A stretch of DNA of 61,568 nt, filler included, from an uncultured Rhodopirellula sp. (GTDB lineage Bacteria; Planctomycetota; Planctomycetia; Pirellulales; Pirellulaceae): assembly GCA_964007735.1 (NCBI GenBank). It is 5 parts of 5 records of this genome, joined end to end, with 100 filler letters (N's around TTAATTAATTAA, not from the genome) between each part and the next. Parts side by side here need not be neighbours in the genome. Positions count along the whole stretch, not along the records: positions 1 to 12,899 come from CAXGAI010000080.1; 4 more parts are not named here. One strand, 5' to 3'. The notes under the pieces are model-generated. The model was not told the origin of the DNA. It did not search any database and saw nothing but the letters and a program-made list of their open reading frames with translations. Each line of letters opens with the position of its first letter. The first letter of the stretch is position 1. Positions 1-9,873 of this stretch are shown here, piece by piece. A program made the position numbers and the translations under genes.

Positions 1-1634
1 GATTCAATTTCAGGGATAGCAGCCAGACAAGGACGACACCAGGTCGCCCAGAAATCTACGACAACATAATTACCTCTTAGTGATCCCCAGTCGAATTGCT
101 CACCTTGGAGAGTGCGCGTTGGCAATGCCAAAGTTAAGCCCGGCAGGTTAACTCGGTTAACAATCTTCGTGAGGCTTTCAGTGAGAAAGTTTTTTTGCTC
201 ATCGTCTAATAGTTTATCAGCAGCCCGAATTGATAGTTCTTGGATCTGAGCGGTAACTTCTTTATCGGCATCCGCAATTTGTTCAACCAGTGGGAGCATG
301 GAAAGCAGGAGTGTAGCATTCATCCGGGGGTGCTCCACCATCTCCCTATAAACGGCTAAGACGGCTGCTTTGGTTTCATCAGTGGGACTCGTCAATAAGG
401 CTCTAAATTTGTCGAAAATGCCGAGTTGTTCAGCAATAATTCTCCCGAGGAGATTGTCGAGTTGTTGCTTTGTTTCTGAAGTAAGCTCCGCATTTTCCAA
501 ACCTGTAAAGGCAGCGGAAGTTTTATCGATGACTTCGAGGGCGACTTCGGTGTCCTCGATACGTTGGATAATATCCAGCAAAGCTCGAAATGTTCCGAGC
601 CCTCTTTCGGGATTACTTAGGACCTTATCGATTGCAACGAACAGAGCGGTTTTATTTTCATCTGAGTTTGGAGTATTGACATAATTTGATGCGGCGGGAT
701 AAATCGCTGAGTTATCAATTGCCGGTTGTTCCATCGTTGCCTTGGCTTCCAAAGCGATGGATTGGTCCTCACTATTTTGAAAGGCTTGAGCAATGGACTG
801 TAATAAAGAACTGCCCTTTGCTGGATCACTTTGCAAAACTGATAGCCCGATACCCTGAAGAACGGCAAAGACTTCCTGATCCTCGGTATAGCCCTTCAGC
901 CAGGGCTCTACGTCTTTGCCGATTGCTGAGATGGCCGTTGTTATTTGGCCAGGGCCAGTACCCTGAGCATCCATCAGACGTTTTTGAGTCGCTGTTTGCA
1001 GAGCCAGCAGCCGACCATTTTTAGAAACGAGCTCGTCGTCGTCGGCAGCCATCGTGGCAGTCATTTGACCCAGCATCGCAAGAGCTTTTTTGTCTCCGAG
1101 TTGAAAAGACTGAGTGAGCGCAGTGTATTTTGCATTAAAAGTGAATAGTCTCTCGGTTTGCGACAAATTGTCCTTCGTAAGTAGCATGTCACAAAGCTTG
1201 ATGACTTCAGGCGAGATTATTTGCAAAAGTTGGCGATATTGTTCCTGGCTCTGCGCCAGCTGAGGTTGTTCGTTGAGAACAGTAATAAACTTCTGCAACG
1301 TTTCAACAGAAGATTCGGCTGTTGGTACTGGTTCGCCCAGGCGGTTAGCCAGCAAACTGATAACACTTGGAGGAGTATTGACGGGGGCGGGTATATTTGG
1401 TGCAGTAACCGGAGGGTTACTAGGCACTTGCATAGGCGGAGTAGATTCGCCTGTTTCCCCGTCAGAATTTACGGGAACAGTAATCTGATTGGGATCATTG
1501 TCTTGGCTAACAACAACAAAGCTATCATCAGAATCCTGACCGGCCTCCTCCTCAGAACCGCAACCTGCAATTAGTGAAAGACTAGCCAGACTCAAGATCA
1601 AAAGGAGTCTGGGAAACCAGTTAGTAATATACAT
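1..1634 (-). CDS. Lipoprotein with a C-terminal TlpA/ResA-like thioredoxin domain, 3' truncated by the window edge; absent from the ORF track
   Basis: Hand translation from ATG 1634 is open to position 1. It starts MYITNWFPRLLLILSLASLSLIAGC (lipobox), continues through a Pro-rich linker and helical region, and ends with FDWGSLRGNYVVVDFWATWCRPCLAAIPE (WCxxC). Confidence 0.85.
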   Translation of the reverse strand, partial: MYITNWFPRLLLILSLASLSLIAGCGSEEEAGQDSDDSFVVVSQDNDPNQITVPVNSDGETGESTPPMQVPSNPPVTAPNIPAPVNTPPSVISLLANRLGEPVPTAESSVETLQKFITVLNEQPQLAQSQEQYRQLLQIISPEVIKLCDMLLTKDNLSQTERLFTFNAKYTALTQSFQLGDKKALAMLGQMTATMAADDDELVSKNGRLLALQTATQKRLMDAQGTGPGQITTAISAIGKDVEPWLKGYTEDQEVFAVLQGIGLSVLQSDPAKGSSLLQSIAQAFQNSEDQSIALEAKATMEQPAIDNSAIYPAASNYVNTPNSDENKTALFVAIDKVLSNPERGLGTFRALLDIIQRIEDTEVALEVIDKTSAAFTGLENAELTSETKQQLDNLLGRIIAEQLGIFDKFRALLTSPTDETKAAVLAVYREMVEHPRMNATLLLSMLPLVEQIADADKEVTAQIQELSIRAADKLLDDEQKNFLTESLTKIVNRVNLPGLTLALPTRTLQGEQFDWGSLRGNYVVVDFWATWCRPCLAAIPEIE

Positions 1635-1762
1635 GTCGCACCTGTACACGAAAAAAAGATTTGTGATTGCCCGTCATTGTAGAGCATTCAAACAGATAAC
1701 GGTATCTCGATAGGGCTAGGGCGGTTATCTGTTTTCCGGATGAGAGCTTAATTAGGGAAGTC

Positions 1763-3766
1763 CTAATGCTCTTCAATAACATTAGGATCAAAACCAAGTT
1801 CTATTCCTGGAACGAATGACACAATGGTATCGCCTGCTTTTACTTTGAGCGGATTCTCAACGGTATTGATAAGCAGATTGTTACTTGTGTCTATGGTGAA
1901 GAATAGAATGCAGTTTGCCCCGTTACGTTCAATAAAATGCTCGTACGTAAACTCATCACTAATACGGGTTACTTTAAAAGTACCACCATCGCGAACTTGC
2001 CGTCGCATGAGATTGTGAGTTACTTGTGGGTGGCAAATCCATCTCCCGGCAGCATGCCCACCTTCACTTGAACGCCGTCCTTTTTTGTAATCCCAGGGCG
2101 GCATTCGATAAATATTTTGCCGCCCAAATATGCTCGAAAATTCCTGCATCGTTAATGCATTGACCTCATCATTAGGCGTGACGGCCATAACACGCCCAAT
2201 ACCGCTGAGGTCGAGTTCTTCCTGAACGTAGTCAGAGAGGACGCTTGCACACTCTGCCGGAATTCCGACCATGCGACACTGACTCCAGTTATTGAAACTG
2301 GTATCCAGCATCAGAACATTGTGACCTGTTTGCTGGAGTGCAACGGCGAGGTCGCGTACCCATTGGTCGGCCCCCGCAAAAAGGATTCCTTGTGGGTTGG
2401 TTTCGCTCAAACCGAGAAGCCGAGCCAGTGGTGCAGCGCCTAGTCCGTAAACTGCGACCGTTCCCACAATCAGAATAAAGGTTAGCGGTACGATCTTATC
2501 AACTAGTGCCTGATCCATACCTCCTATATGCCCCAGTTCCAGTGCAAACACACTGGCGACCGCAGCAGCGACAATTCCGCGTGGAGCAAGGAATGAGAGG
2601 AAGACCTTCTCTTTAAATGATAGATCGGATCTGATCGTTGATATAAAGACACTCGCCGGCCTGACGATGATAATCATGACGGCTAAGAACCCCAGTCCCT
2701 GCCAGCCAACTTCGGAAATTTGTGAAAGATCAAAGTTCGAGCCCAGCACGATAAATAAACTTGAAATCAGAAATACGCCGAGGTGTTCTTTGAATTCAAT
2801 AATATGGTGAATAGAGACTTCTTTTTGATTGACCAGCAAGATACCAAGAACGGTGACGGTTAATAATCCGGACTCTGGCTGGATTAGATTTGAGATTCCA
2901 AACGTTCCCAAAGCAACAGCTAAGAAGACGACACCATGCAGATAATCCGGAATCCAGTACTTACGTGTGAACAATAGCAGGAGTTTGGAAGAACCATAGG
3001 CGATAACTAGACCGGTAACAATCGTTACCAAGAGTGCCAGGATAACACTCCACAAAGAACCACCTTGCCCGTAATTTCTAATGAACTCGAACACCAAAAC
3101 GGCCAGTACCGCTCCAATTGGGTCAATGATAATACCTTCCCATTTTGCAATGGACCCCATTTTCTTCGAGGGGTGAATGTGCCGCAGCAACGGAATCACC
3201 ACGGTAGGTCCAGTAACGACCATAAAGGCTCCAACCAGTGCAGAGAGCTCCCAATTTGCAAAACCAGCGACCGAATAGACAGCGATTGTCGATAAAATCC
3301 ACGTCACTCCGGCACCTAAAGTGCAAAGACGTATTGTGGCGCTACCGGCCTCTTTTAATTCGCTAAAGCGAAGCGTCAGACCCCCTTCAAATAGAATGAT
3401 CGCCACACAAAATGAGACCAGTGGTAAGAGTAACGCATTAACATCAATAGCCCCTCCATGTAACGGATGAGCTTGTTCTGATTTGTACGGGTTGCCGTGT
3501 TCGTCAACGGCAGGAAGCATTGCTTCATTTGATTGTTCTAAATGGCTGTCCGCATGCTTTGTCGCATTATCAATACGAGGTAGGTTTTTAATTACCCCGG
3601 TTGGCGTTATGGCCTGACCTAATAGAATCCCGAATCCAAGCAGAAGTAGAATGGAGGGGAGGCGTAAACGCCATGCGAGCCATTGAGCCGAAATCCCCAG
3701 AACGGGAACACAGATCAAGTAGATCATGTATTGATGGTGATGGATGAATTCTGCGATGGAGTCCAA
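1763..3766 (-). CDS. Cation:proton antiporter (CPA1/NhaP-like) with a C-terminal TrkA-N/RCK-like domain
   Basis: Many TM segments; motifs ILFEGGL, VTGPTVV, WEGIIIDPIG, APRGIVAAAVAS; soluble Rossmann-like tail. Confidence 0.85.
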   Translation of the reverse strand: MDSIAEFIHHHQYMIYLICVPVLGISAQWLAWRLRLPSILLLLGFGILLGQAITPTGVIKNLPRIDNATKHADSHLEQSNEAMLPAVDEHGNPYKSEQAHPLHGGAIDVNALLLPLVSFCVAIILFEGGLTLRFSELKEAGSATIRLCTLGAGVTWILSTIAVYSVAGFANWELSALVGAFMVVTGPTVVIPLLRHIHPSKKMGSIAKWEGIIIDPIGAVLAVLVFEFIRNYGQGGSLWSVILALLVTIVTGLVIAYGSSKLLLLFTRKYWIPDYLHGVVFLAVALGTFGISNLIQPESGLLTVTVLGILLVNQKEVSIHHIIEFKEHLGVFLISSLFIVLGSNFDLSQISEVGWQGLGFLAVMIIIVRPASVFISTIRSDLSFKEKVFLSFLAPRGIVAAAVASVFALELGHIGGMDQALVDKIVPLTFILIVGTVAVYGLGAAPLARLLGLSETNPQGILFAGADQWVRDLAVALQQTGHNVLMLDTSFNNWSQCRMVGIPAECASVLSDYVQEELDLSGIGRVMAVTPNDEVNALTMQEFSSIFGRQNIYRMPPWDYKKGRRSSEGGHAAGRWICHPQVTHNLMRRQVRDGGTFKVTRISDEFTYEHFIERNGANCILFFTIDTSNNLLINTVENPLKVKAGDTIVSFVPGIELGFDPNVIEEH

Positions 3767-3835
3767 TGGACAACCTCATGTAATAAACACGATTCAATGC
3801 GTTTTACGGCACGTTATTTCCGAGTCGGATTACCC

Positions 3836-5278
3836 TTACATCCCGCGAGCAATATTGACGAGTGTCCGTACTAAAACGCCACTCCCACCTCCATCTATAT
3901 AGGATTTTGCCGTATCAGCAAAGGCTGGTCCAGCAATATCTATATGAGTCCAGGAAGCATCCCCAACAAACTCTTCAAGGAACTTCGCTGCGGTGATTGC
4001 GCCGCCCCAGCGGCCCATGCCGATATTTTTCAGATCGGCAATTTTACTTTTTAATTGTTCGCTAAAGTGTGATGTCATTGGCATTTGCCAAACTTCTTCC
4101 CCCACTTTCTCGGCGGAACTAATAATTTGGTCGCACCATTGTTGATCATTTGTAAACAATCCCGCAATATCCAATCCAAGTGCTACGCAACAAGCGCCTG
4201 TGAGCGTTGCTAAGTCAACGATATGGTCTGGCTTCAGACCGAGTGTTACATCAAGAACATCAGCAAGTACCAATCTGCCTTCTGCATCTGTATTGAGGAT
4301 TTCGATGGTTTTGCCGTTACGTGACGTCAGGACATCGCCCAGACGATATGAATTGCCACTTACCATATTCTCGACCAAACCCACCAGACCCACGATGTGA
4401 CAAGATGCTTCTAATTCGGCGACTGCTTTGATAGTCCCAACGACCGTTGCAGCACCAGCCATATCACATTTCATGGTCTTTTGCCCCTCACTTGGCTTTA
4501 ATGAAAGTCCACCACTGTCGTAAGTGACACCCTTCCCTACGATTGCCATGCTTGGGTTTTCAGAGTCATCTCCTTTGTAGCGAATAATGACTAGACGCGG
4601 AGCAAAATCTGAGCCCTGAGCAACTCCCAAAAGCGATCCGCAATTTTCTGCCTCCAATCGAGCCTTATCCCAAATTTCTACAGAGACATTTTTTAGTTCC
4701 GCAAGTTTGGCAGTTTGATCTGCGAACGATTCAGGATAAATATAATTAGGCGGTTGATTGACGAGTTCTCGAGTTAAATTCACACCGGCGCCAATTTTAC
4801 TGCCATTGGCAACAGCATCAGTGTTGTCCGTAGCCCAAAGGATTTTCTCCGGAGCGTGACGACTCGGGTTCTTCTTATGTAACTCCTGCCCTGTACTACC
4901 AACCAGACTGCCTGCCACAGCTGATTCCAGTAAAGCAGAGTCCAGTTCTGGAAAGTAAAACACGACGGATTCCAATTTCGAACTGGTGAGCGATTTGGCG
5001 GCCGCACCACCAGCCTTAAAGCAGTCGCCAGCGGTTGGGTTGTCTCCTAAACCGACGATCACGACGGCTGGTGACTGGATTCCCTGTGGTTGGAGCCACG
5101 ATGTTACTTTTCCCGCAGTTGTTTCGGCTTTCTTGGAATCAATCAGTGATTGCAGACCACCCTTGGTCGCCTCATTCAATTTTGAGGCGGCCTCTGAAAG
5201 CGTGTTACCGGAGATTCCGACTACGACTGCATCGGCTTGTATATCTAGAATGGACTCCGAAGTTGTACCGGTAGTCAT
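3836..5278 (-). CDS. pepA: Leucyl aminopeptidase (M17)
   Basis: GKGVTYDSGG, MKCDMAGAA, NTDAEGRL, DLATLTGA, HIDIAG motifs. Start placed at MTTGTT (5278); the ORF is open to 5338. Confidence 0.93.
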   Translation of the reverse strand: MTTGTTSESILDIQADAVVVGISGNTLSEAASKLNEATKGGLQSLIDSKKAETTAGKVTSWLQPQGIQSPAVVIVGLGDNPTAGDCFKAGGAAAKSLTSSKLESVVFYFPELDSALLESAVAGSLVGSTGQELHKKNPSRHAPEKILWATDNTDAVANGSKIGAGVNLTRELVNQPPNYIYPESFADQTAKLAELKNVSVEIWDKARLEAENCGSLLGVAQGSDFAPRLVIIRYKGDDSENPSMAIVGKGVTYDSGGLSLKPSEGQKTMKCDMAGAATVVGTIKAVAELEASCHIVGLVGLVENMVSGNSYRLGDVLTSRNGKTIEILNTDAEGRLVLADVLDVTLGLKPDHIVDLATLTGACCVALGLDIAGLFTNDQQWCDQIISSAEKVGEEVWQMPMTSHFSEQLKSKIADLKNIGMGRWGGAITAAKFLEEFVGDASWTHIDIAGPAFADTAKSYIDGGGSGVLVRTLVNIARGM

Positions 5279-5522
5279 GAGTGTGCGTCCTTGTTTCACC
5301 AGAGTTTTTAGGAAAAGGGGATTTCTCGCCAACATCATGTCGAGCGAAATCCAGCAAATTATTCTACTGATTTTTGTCGCTCTGTGCTTTATCCACCATT
5401 GTCCTTATTTGGAATTCAAAAGGACTTGTTATGATGAATAGCGTGCAGTTGGACTGTAAATATCTGATTTTACGTACTATTCCCCTGATTTTTGGAAGGT
5501 TGAGAGTAAGTTTCAGTTTTCT

Positions 5523-7355
5523 ATGTCGGTAAAAAACCTTCAACAATGTGTAGGGGATTTAGAGGCTGCCGGGCGTTTGATTCGCATTGAGCAACCGGTA
5601 GATCCTCATTTAGAGGCGGCAGAGATTCAACGCCGCGTGTTTGCTAATAATGGTCCGGCATTACTTTTTACGAATGTGACAGGCTGTCAGTTTCCAATGG
5701 TTTCGAACCTGTTTGGAACGCTGGAGCGTAGCGAATATATATTTCGCGATACGCTGAAGCAGGTGAAACGATTAGTTGCTGCTAAAGTTGATCCAACCCA
5801 AGTTCTCAAACAACCTCTACGCAATATTGGATTGCCGTTGCAAGCTTTGAAGATGCTTCCCAAACGTAGGCGAAGTGGTCCGATCATGGAAGCAACTTGT
5901 AAAATCTCAGATTTGCCTCAAATCCAGAGTTGGCCTGATGATGGCGGGGCATTTATTACGTTGCCTCAGGTTTATACGGAACATCCGGAACGATCCGGAA
6001 TGATGCAGGCTAATCTAGGTATGTACCGGGTGCAGCTTAGTGGCGGGGAATACATACCTGATAAAGAGGTGGGCCTGCACTATCAAATTCACCGTGGAAT
6101 CGGAGTGCATCAGCGCGCAGCTAATGCCAAAGGTGAGCCTTTGAAGGTGAATATTTTTGTTGGCGGAAGTCCGGCGATGTCGCTAGCGGCTGTGATGCCA
6201 TTACCTGAAGGGATGAGCGAATTGACTTTTGCAGGAGTTCTGTCTGGTGGCCGAATTGGAATGGTTCAACGTCCCGGCCGGCTTCCCATTTATGCGGAAG
6301 CCGATTTTTGCATCGAGGGAGAAGTGCTCCCGGGGTCAACTCGTCCGGAAGGTCCTTTTGGAGATCATTTGGGATACTACAGTCTGCCTCATGAGTTTCC
6401 GGTGATGAAAGTCACTTCTGTACGCCATCGCAAAAAGGCAATTTGGCCATTCACTGTTGTAGGTCGCCCCCCGCAAGAAGATACGCGTTTCGGCGAGCTA
6501 ATTCATGAAATTACCGGACCTGTCATACCAACAGTCTTGCCGGGAATCAAAGCTGTTCATGCAGTTGATGCGGCAGGTGTACATCCGTTACTGTTTGCGA
6601 TTGGTAGTGAACGGTATACTCCCTATAGCAATGAGAGTCGTCCGCAAGAATTGCTGACCCAAGCAAATGCGATACTTGGGCAGGGCCAGCTTTCCCTCGC
6701 CAAGTATTTGTTTATCGCGAATCGATTCGATAATGAATCGTTGGATATTGAGGATTCCGTAAAGTTTTTGCAGCATGTGCTGTCCCGGGTCGATTGGCGA
6801 CGCGATCTGCACTTTCAGACAGAAACCACAATTGACACGTTGGATTATTCCGGCCGTGATTTAAATCAGGGTTCCAAAGTTGTTGTGGCTGCAAGCGGGC
6901 CAAAGCGACGTGAATTGCCAACAGTGCTGCCTGCGGATATTAATTTACCTCCGGGATTTTCAAATCCGGAAATACTAATGCCAGGTGTCCTGGTTGTCCA
7001 AAGTCCTAAAGCGGGGGGAGACTACGGGAGTGACCTAAGGAGATTCTGTCAGGCTTTTAGTCGTGCGGACTCAATTAACGAGTTTCCGTTGATTGTTCTG
7101 GCGGATGACTCAACTTTTGCGTCTGCCAATATCGGAAATTTTCAGTGGGTGACATTTACTCGCAGCAACCCAGCAGTTGATGTGGACGGAATCGAAGCCG
7201 AGACGAATCATAAGCACTGGGGTTGCGAAGGAGCTCTCGTGATTGATGCTCGGATTAAACCCCATCATGCTCCACCATTAATTGAAGATCCGAGGGTTGC
7301 TAAGAAAATAGATTTGTTGGCAACGAAAGGCTTGCCCGTTTCTAAATATCTTTAA
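5523..7355 (+). CDS. UbiD-family (prFMN-dependent) decarboxylase, long form, possibly menaquinone-pathway MqnL-like
   Basis: WPDDGGAFITLP, NLGMYRVQ, EGPFGDHLGYY, VGRPPQED motifs; 610 aa with C-terminal extension. Confidence 0.88.
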   Translation: MSVKNLQQCVGDLEAAGRLIRIEQPVDPHLEAAEIQRRVFANNGPALLFTNVTGCQFPMVSNLFGTLERSEYIFRDTLKQVKRLVAAKVDPTQVLKQPLRNIGLPLQALKMLPKRRRSGPIMEATCKISDLPQIQSWPDDGGAFITLPQVYTEHPERSGMMQANLGMYRVQLSGGEYIPDKEVGLHYQIHRGIGVHQRAANAKGEPLKVNIFVGGSPAMSLAAVMPLPEGMSELTFAGVLSGGRIGMVQRPGRLPIYAEADFCIEGEVLPGSTRPEGPFGDHLGYYSLPHEFPVMKVTSVRHRKKAIWPFTVVGRPPQEDTRFGELIHEITGPVIPTVLPGIKAVHAVDAAGVHPLLFAIGSERYTPYSNESRPQELLTQANAILGQGQLSLAKYLFIANRFDNESLDIEDSVKFLQHVLSRVDWRRDLHFQTETTIDTLDYSGRDLNQGSKVVVAASGPKRRELPTVLPADINLPPGFSNPEILMPGVLVVQSPKAGGDYGSDLRRFCQAFSRADSINEFPLIVLADDSTFASANIGNFQWVTFTRSNPAVDVDGIEAETNHKHWGCEGALVIDARIKPHHAPPLIEDPRVAKKIDLLATKGLPVSKYL

Positions 7356-8644
7356 CCTACTCTTTTAATCACGACAATACTGGCGTCTTCTTCGACTAGG
7401 GTTAAAGTCAGCTTTCGTAAACGTTTGATCATGTCCGCCGCAGAAAGTCGTGAACCTTTACCAACGTTGCGTTGAATTTTTTTGATTTTGGCTTGCCGTG
7501 TGTCACCTTCGATGGCATCAAAGCCGTTTTCAGTCAACACAATTAAGAACTCATCTTTCTGAGTTATACAGCATTGGTTTTCGTACTCGCCATAGTCCAT
7601 GACTCCGAGCTCCGGGCCAGCCTGTCCCGGACTAAGGTCTCGAATTCCATCGCCTGTAACATGTAGTACTATTGGTGAACCAGCTGAACTAAAGGTGATT
7701 TGACTACTGTTTTGATTTAGTGATAATTGGCAGAGGTCGGCAAATTGATCGCCTGTGCAACCACGCCATAAATATTCGTTGGCGCGTTCCAGTGTATCGG
7801 CGGGTGTGACCATATCTTTCGAAGTTGCCCGGACGCCGGTTTGAATAACCGCGGTTGTGAGAGCAGCCTCGATACTCAGGCCTTGTGCGTGAGCAACTGA
7901 AATGTCGATGCCGTCTTCTCGCATTTGCCAGTCGTAGAACGTCTGATGAATCGGAGCTTCCGGATTGATCCAACCTTGAATGTCCCAGCCCTGAACTTCG
8001 GCACGCTTATAAGCCAGACGACTGCATTGCCACTGTTTGGCGAGGTCTGATAGATTCGTCTGCTGCTCGGTACGTGCAGGCGTGAGACGACTTGTCAGAT
8101 AATCAACGACTCGGTCGGCAATGACTTCACAAAGAGCACTCGTGGACTGATTAGGTTCGAGTGGGTTATCAAATGCAAACCAGACAGTTCCAATCGGCAT
8201 ATTATTGGAGACTAAAGGCACGCAAATTCCCGCATCGGCATGAATTGGGGCGTTCCAAAACTCCATTCGCTCTTCACTCTCTAGTGTAACCACATGGCCG
8301 GTGAGAGCTTCGAGATCTGCGGTACTGAACTGAAGTGATCTAAGCTCATCGGCACTCTGTAATGTTTTTGAGGTGGTACAGTAATCAATAAGGATGAGGT
8401 TTTGTGTTTCATCATCTAGCAGGTAGACGGCGGACCAATTAGCCGATAACGCGGTCGAAGCGGTTGCTAGAATCTGATTGATTTGTTGCTTAACTTTTGC
8501 TTCCAGACCTGCAATTGAGACGACAGGAGCACTGGAGTCGGATAACCACTGAGCATCGGTTAAATCCAAATCGGCGAAGGCTTCTTTTACCACGGCAGAG
8601 GTGGATTCGGTATCAGAGAATAGCTTTAAGTGTGGCTTAGTCAT
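7352..8644 (-). CDS. GAF + SpoIIE/PP2C-like domain protein with degenerate catalytic motifs
   Basis: GAF-like segment (AVYLLD...ICVPLV...PIGTVW) followed by SpoIIE-like segments (TFYDW, LERANEYL, FSSAGSP, DEFLIVLTENG). Confidence 0.7.
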   Translation of the reverse strand: MTKPHLKLFSDTESTSAVVKEAFADLDLTDAQWLSDSSAPVVSIAGLEAKVKQQINQILATASTALSANWSAVYLLDDETQNLILIDYCTTSKTLQSADELRSLQFSTADLEALTGHVVTLESEERMEFWNAPIHADAGICVPLVSNNMPIGTVWFAFDNPLEPNQSTSALCEVIADRVVDYLTSRLTPARTEQQTNLSDLAKQWQCSRLAYKRAEVQGWDIQGWINPEAPIHQTFYDWQMREDGIDISVAHAQGLSIEAALTTAVIQTGVRATSKDMVTPADTLERANEYLWRGCTGDQFADLCQLSLNQNSSQITFSSAGSPIVLHVTGDGIRDLSPGQAGPELGVMDYGEYENQCCITQKDEFLIVLTENGFDAIEGDTRQAKIKKIQRNVGKGSRLSAADMIKRLRKLTLTLVEEDASIVVIKRVG

Positions 8645-8904
8645 GGGAGCAGTCAGATAATAAATTGTTCAAAAGTGAGATAAACCACTCCTTGAGATGA
8701 GAACTCTTATGTATGAGCACCGACTTCCATGACCGGTATCTTATCTCATCGACGTTAGCGGCGGGTAATCGTAATCGTGAATCTCTACGGAGGAAGGATT
8801 GTTAAGATTCGCTGTTTGCTTGTTAGTGTGAATCGAATTAACCGTAATAACCGGACGTAATAATCGTTACAACCAATTCGCAGATTTGATGACGAGACAG
8901 GTGG

Positions 8905-8932
8905 TTGACGTCAATAATTATTTACCTAGACT
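8905..8932 (+). promoter_or_regulatory. Sigma70-like promoter of tRNA-Leu
   Basis: TTGACG-N16-TAGACT, ending 13 nt upstream of the tRNA 5' end. Confidence 0.6.
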
Positions 8933-8945
8933 GAAAACTTACCTC

Positions 8946-9030
8946 GCGGGTGTGGCGGAACTGGCAGACGCGCATGGTTGAGGGCCATGTGGGAGATAAT
9001 CCCGTGGAAGTTCGAATCTTCTCACCCGCA
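8946..9030 (+). tRNA. tRNA-Leu(GAG), CCA not encoded
   Basis: Acceptor stem GCGGGTG/CACCCGC-A, D-loop GGCGGAACTGGCAGACGC, anticodon arm CATGG-TTGAGGG-CCATG, long variable arm, T-loop TTCGAAT. Confidence 0.96.
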
Positions 9031-9032
9031 CT

Positions 9033-9061
9033 AAGAACCCTAGCTATGGTTGGGGTTTTTT
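9033..9061 (+). terminator. Putative intrinsic terminator after the tRNA, overlapping the end of the convergent PAP2 gene
   Basis: AAGAACCCTAGC-TATG-GTTGGGGTTTTTT hairpin with T-tract. Confidence 0.5.
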
Positions 9062-9732
9062 AATGCGCGGTAATTGTCGACGGATTTCCCTCGGAGCTTC
9101 TTTTGGCTATACATAATGGCAAGCCAAGCCACGATCATTCCGCCTAAAACGTCGACTAGATAGTGTTCACGTAATACTACCGTGGAATAAGCAACAGCTA
9201 AAAACCAAGCGTACATCAGCAACGAAAACCAGCGGGGTTTTTCCTGAGTTGAATACCATACCGTGCAGAGCATTGATGCCACGTGAAGAGATGGAAAAGC
9301 ATTGGCCTTCGTCGAAGTGGTAGCTGTTACCCAGTAAAGGTCCATCCATTGTCCCGACAATTCTTTTAAATGTTCCACGGGCGGTTGTTCTGTGGGAAAC
9401 AAAACAAATATGACTGTTGCCATGCCCACGCTGTAGCAGAGACTTTGCGACCAGGCCAGACACTCTTCTTTTGATCTGACCGCCAGTAATGTTAGAGATT
9501 GCGCGATATAGATGGAGATGTATACCAAAGTCCATGCTGGATGAAAGGGTAGGTATTGCCCCCCGTGTTCCGGAATAATGATTCGATAGTTATGTAATTG
9601 GGCGATTGAATATGCACTGTAATAGCAGGTTAGAAAGAAGACCAATGCAAAGATTGCGTATTTGACATAGGAGATACGGTCACCCTTGGGAGGCTTCCTC
9701 CAAACAAACGGGGGTTGTTTTTGAAATGTCAT
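9040..9732 (-). CDS. PAP2-family membrane phosphatase/phosphoesterase
   Basis: NAFPSLH and EHYLVDVLGG motifs; several TM helices. Confidence 0.8.
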   Translation of the reverse strand: MTFQKQPPFVWRKPPKGDRISYVKYAIFALVFFLTCYYSAYSIAQLHNYRIIIPEHGGQYLPFHPAWTLVYISIYIAQSLTLLAVRSKEECLAWSQSLCYSVGMATVIFVLFPTEQPPVEHLKELSGQWMDLYWVTATTSTKANAFPSLHVASMLCTVWYSTQEKPRWFSLLMYAWFLAVAYSTVVLREHYLVDVLGGMIVAWLAIMYSQKKLRGKSVDNYRALKNPNHS

Positions 9733-9811
9733 TTGAGCATTGCTAGGGAATGATTTTTGGGTAAAAGACGAAGGAATATTACAACGGACTAAATCTACTG
9801 GATAAAGCTAT

Positions 9812-9844
9812 AAAAAAACTCCAGTCCGTAGATGACTGGAGTTT
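9812..9844 (-). terminator. Intrinsic terminator of rplM-rpsI
   Basis: AAACTCCAGTC-N7-GACTGGAGTTT hairpin followed by a T-run on the minus strand. Confidence 0.75.
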
Positions 9845-9873
9845 ATTGAGTTTTAATCGTTAAACGCAATGGG

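Noticed and set aside
370..1574. Several short plus-strand ORFs in the track
   Set aside because: They are shadow ORFs antisense to the long minus-strand thioredoxin lipoprotein.
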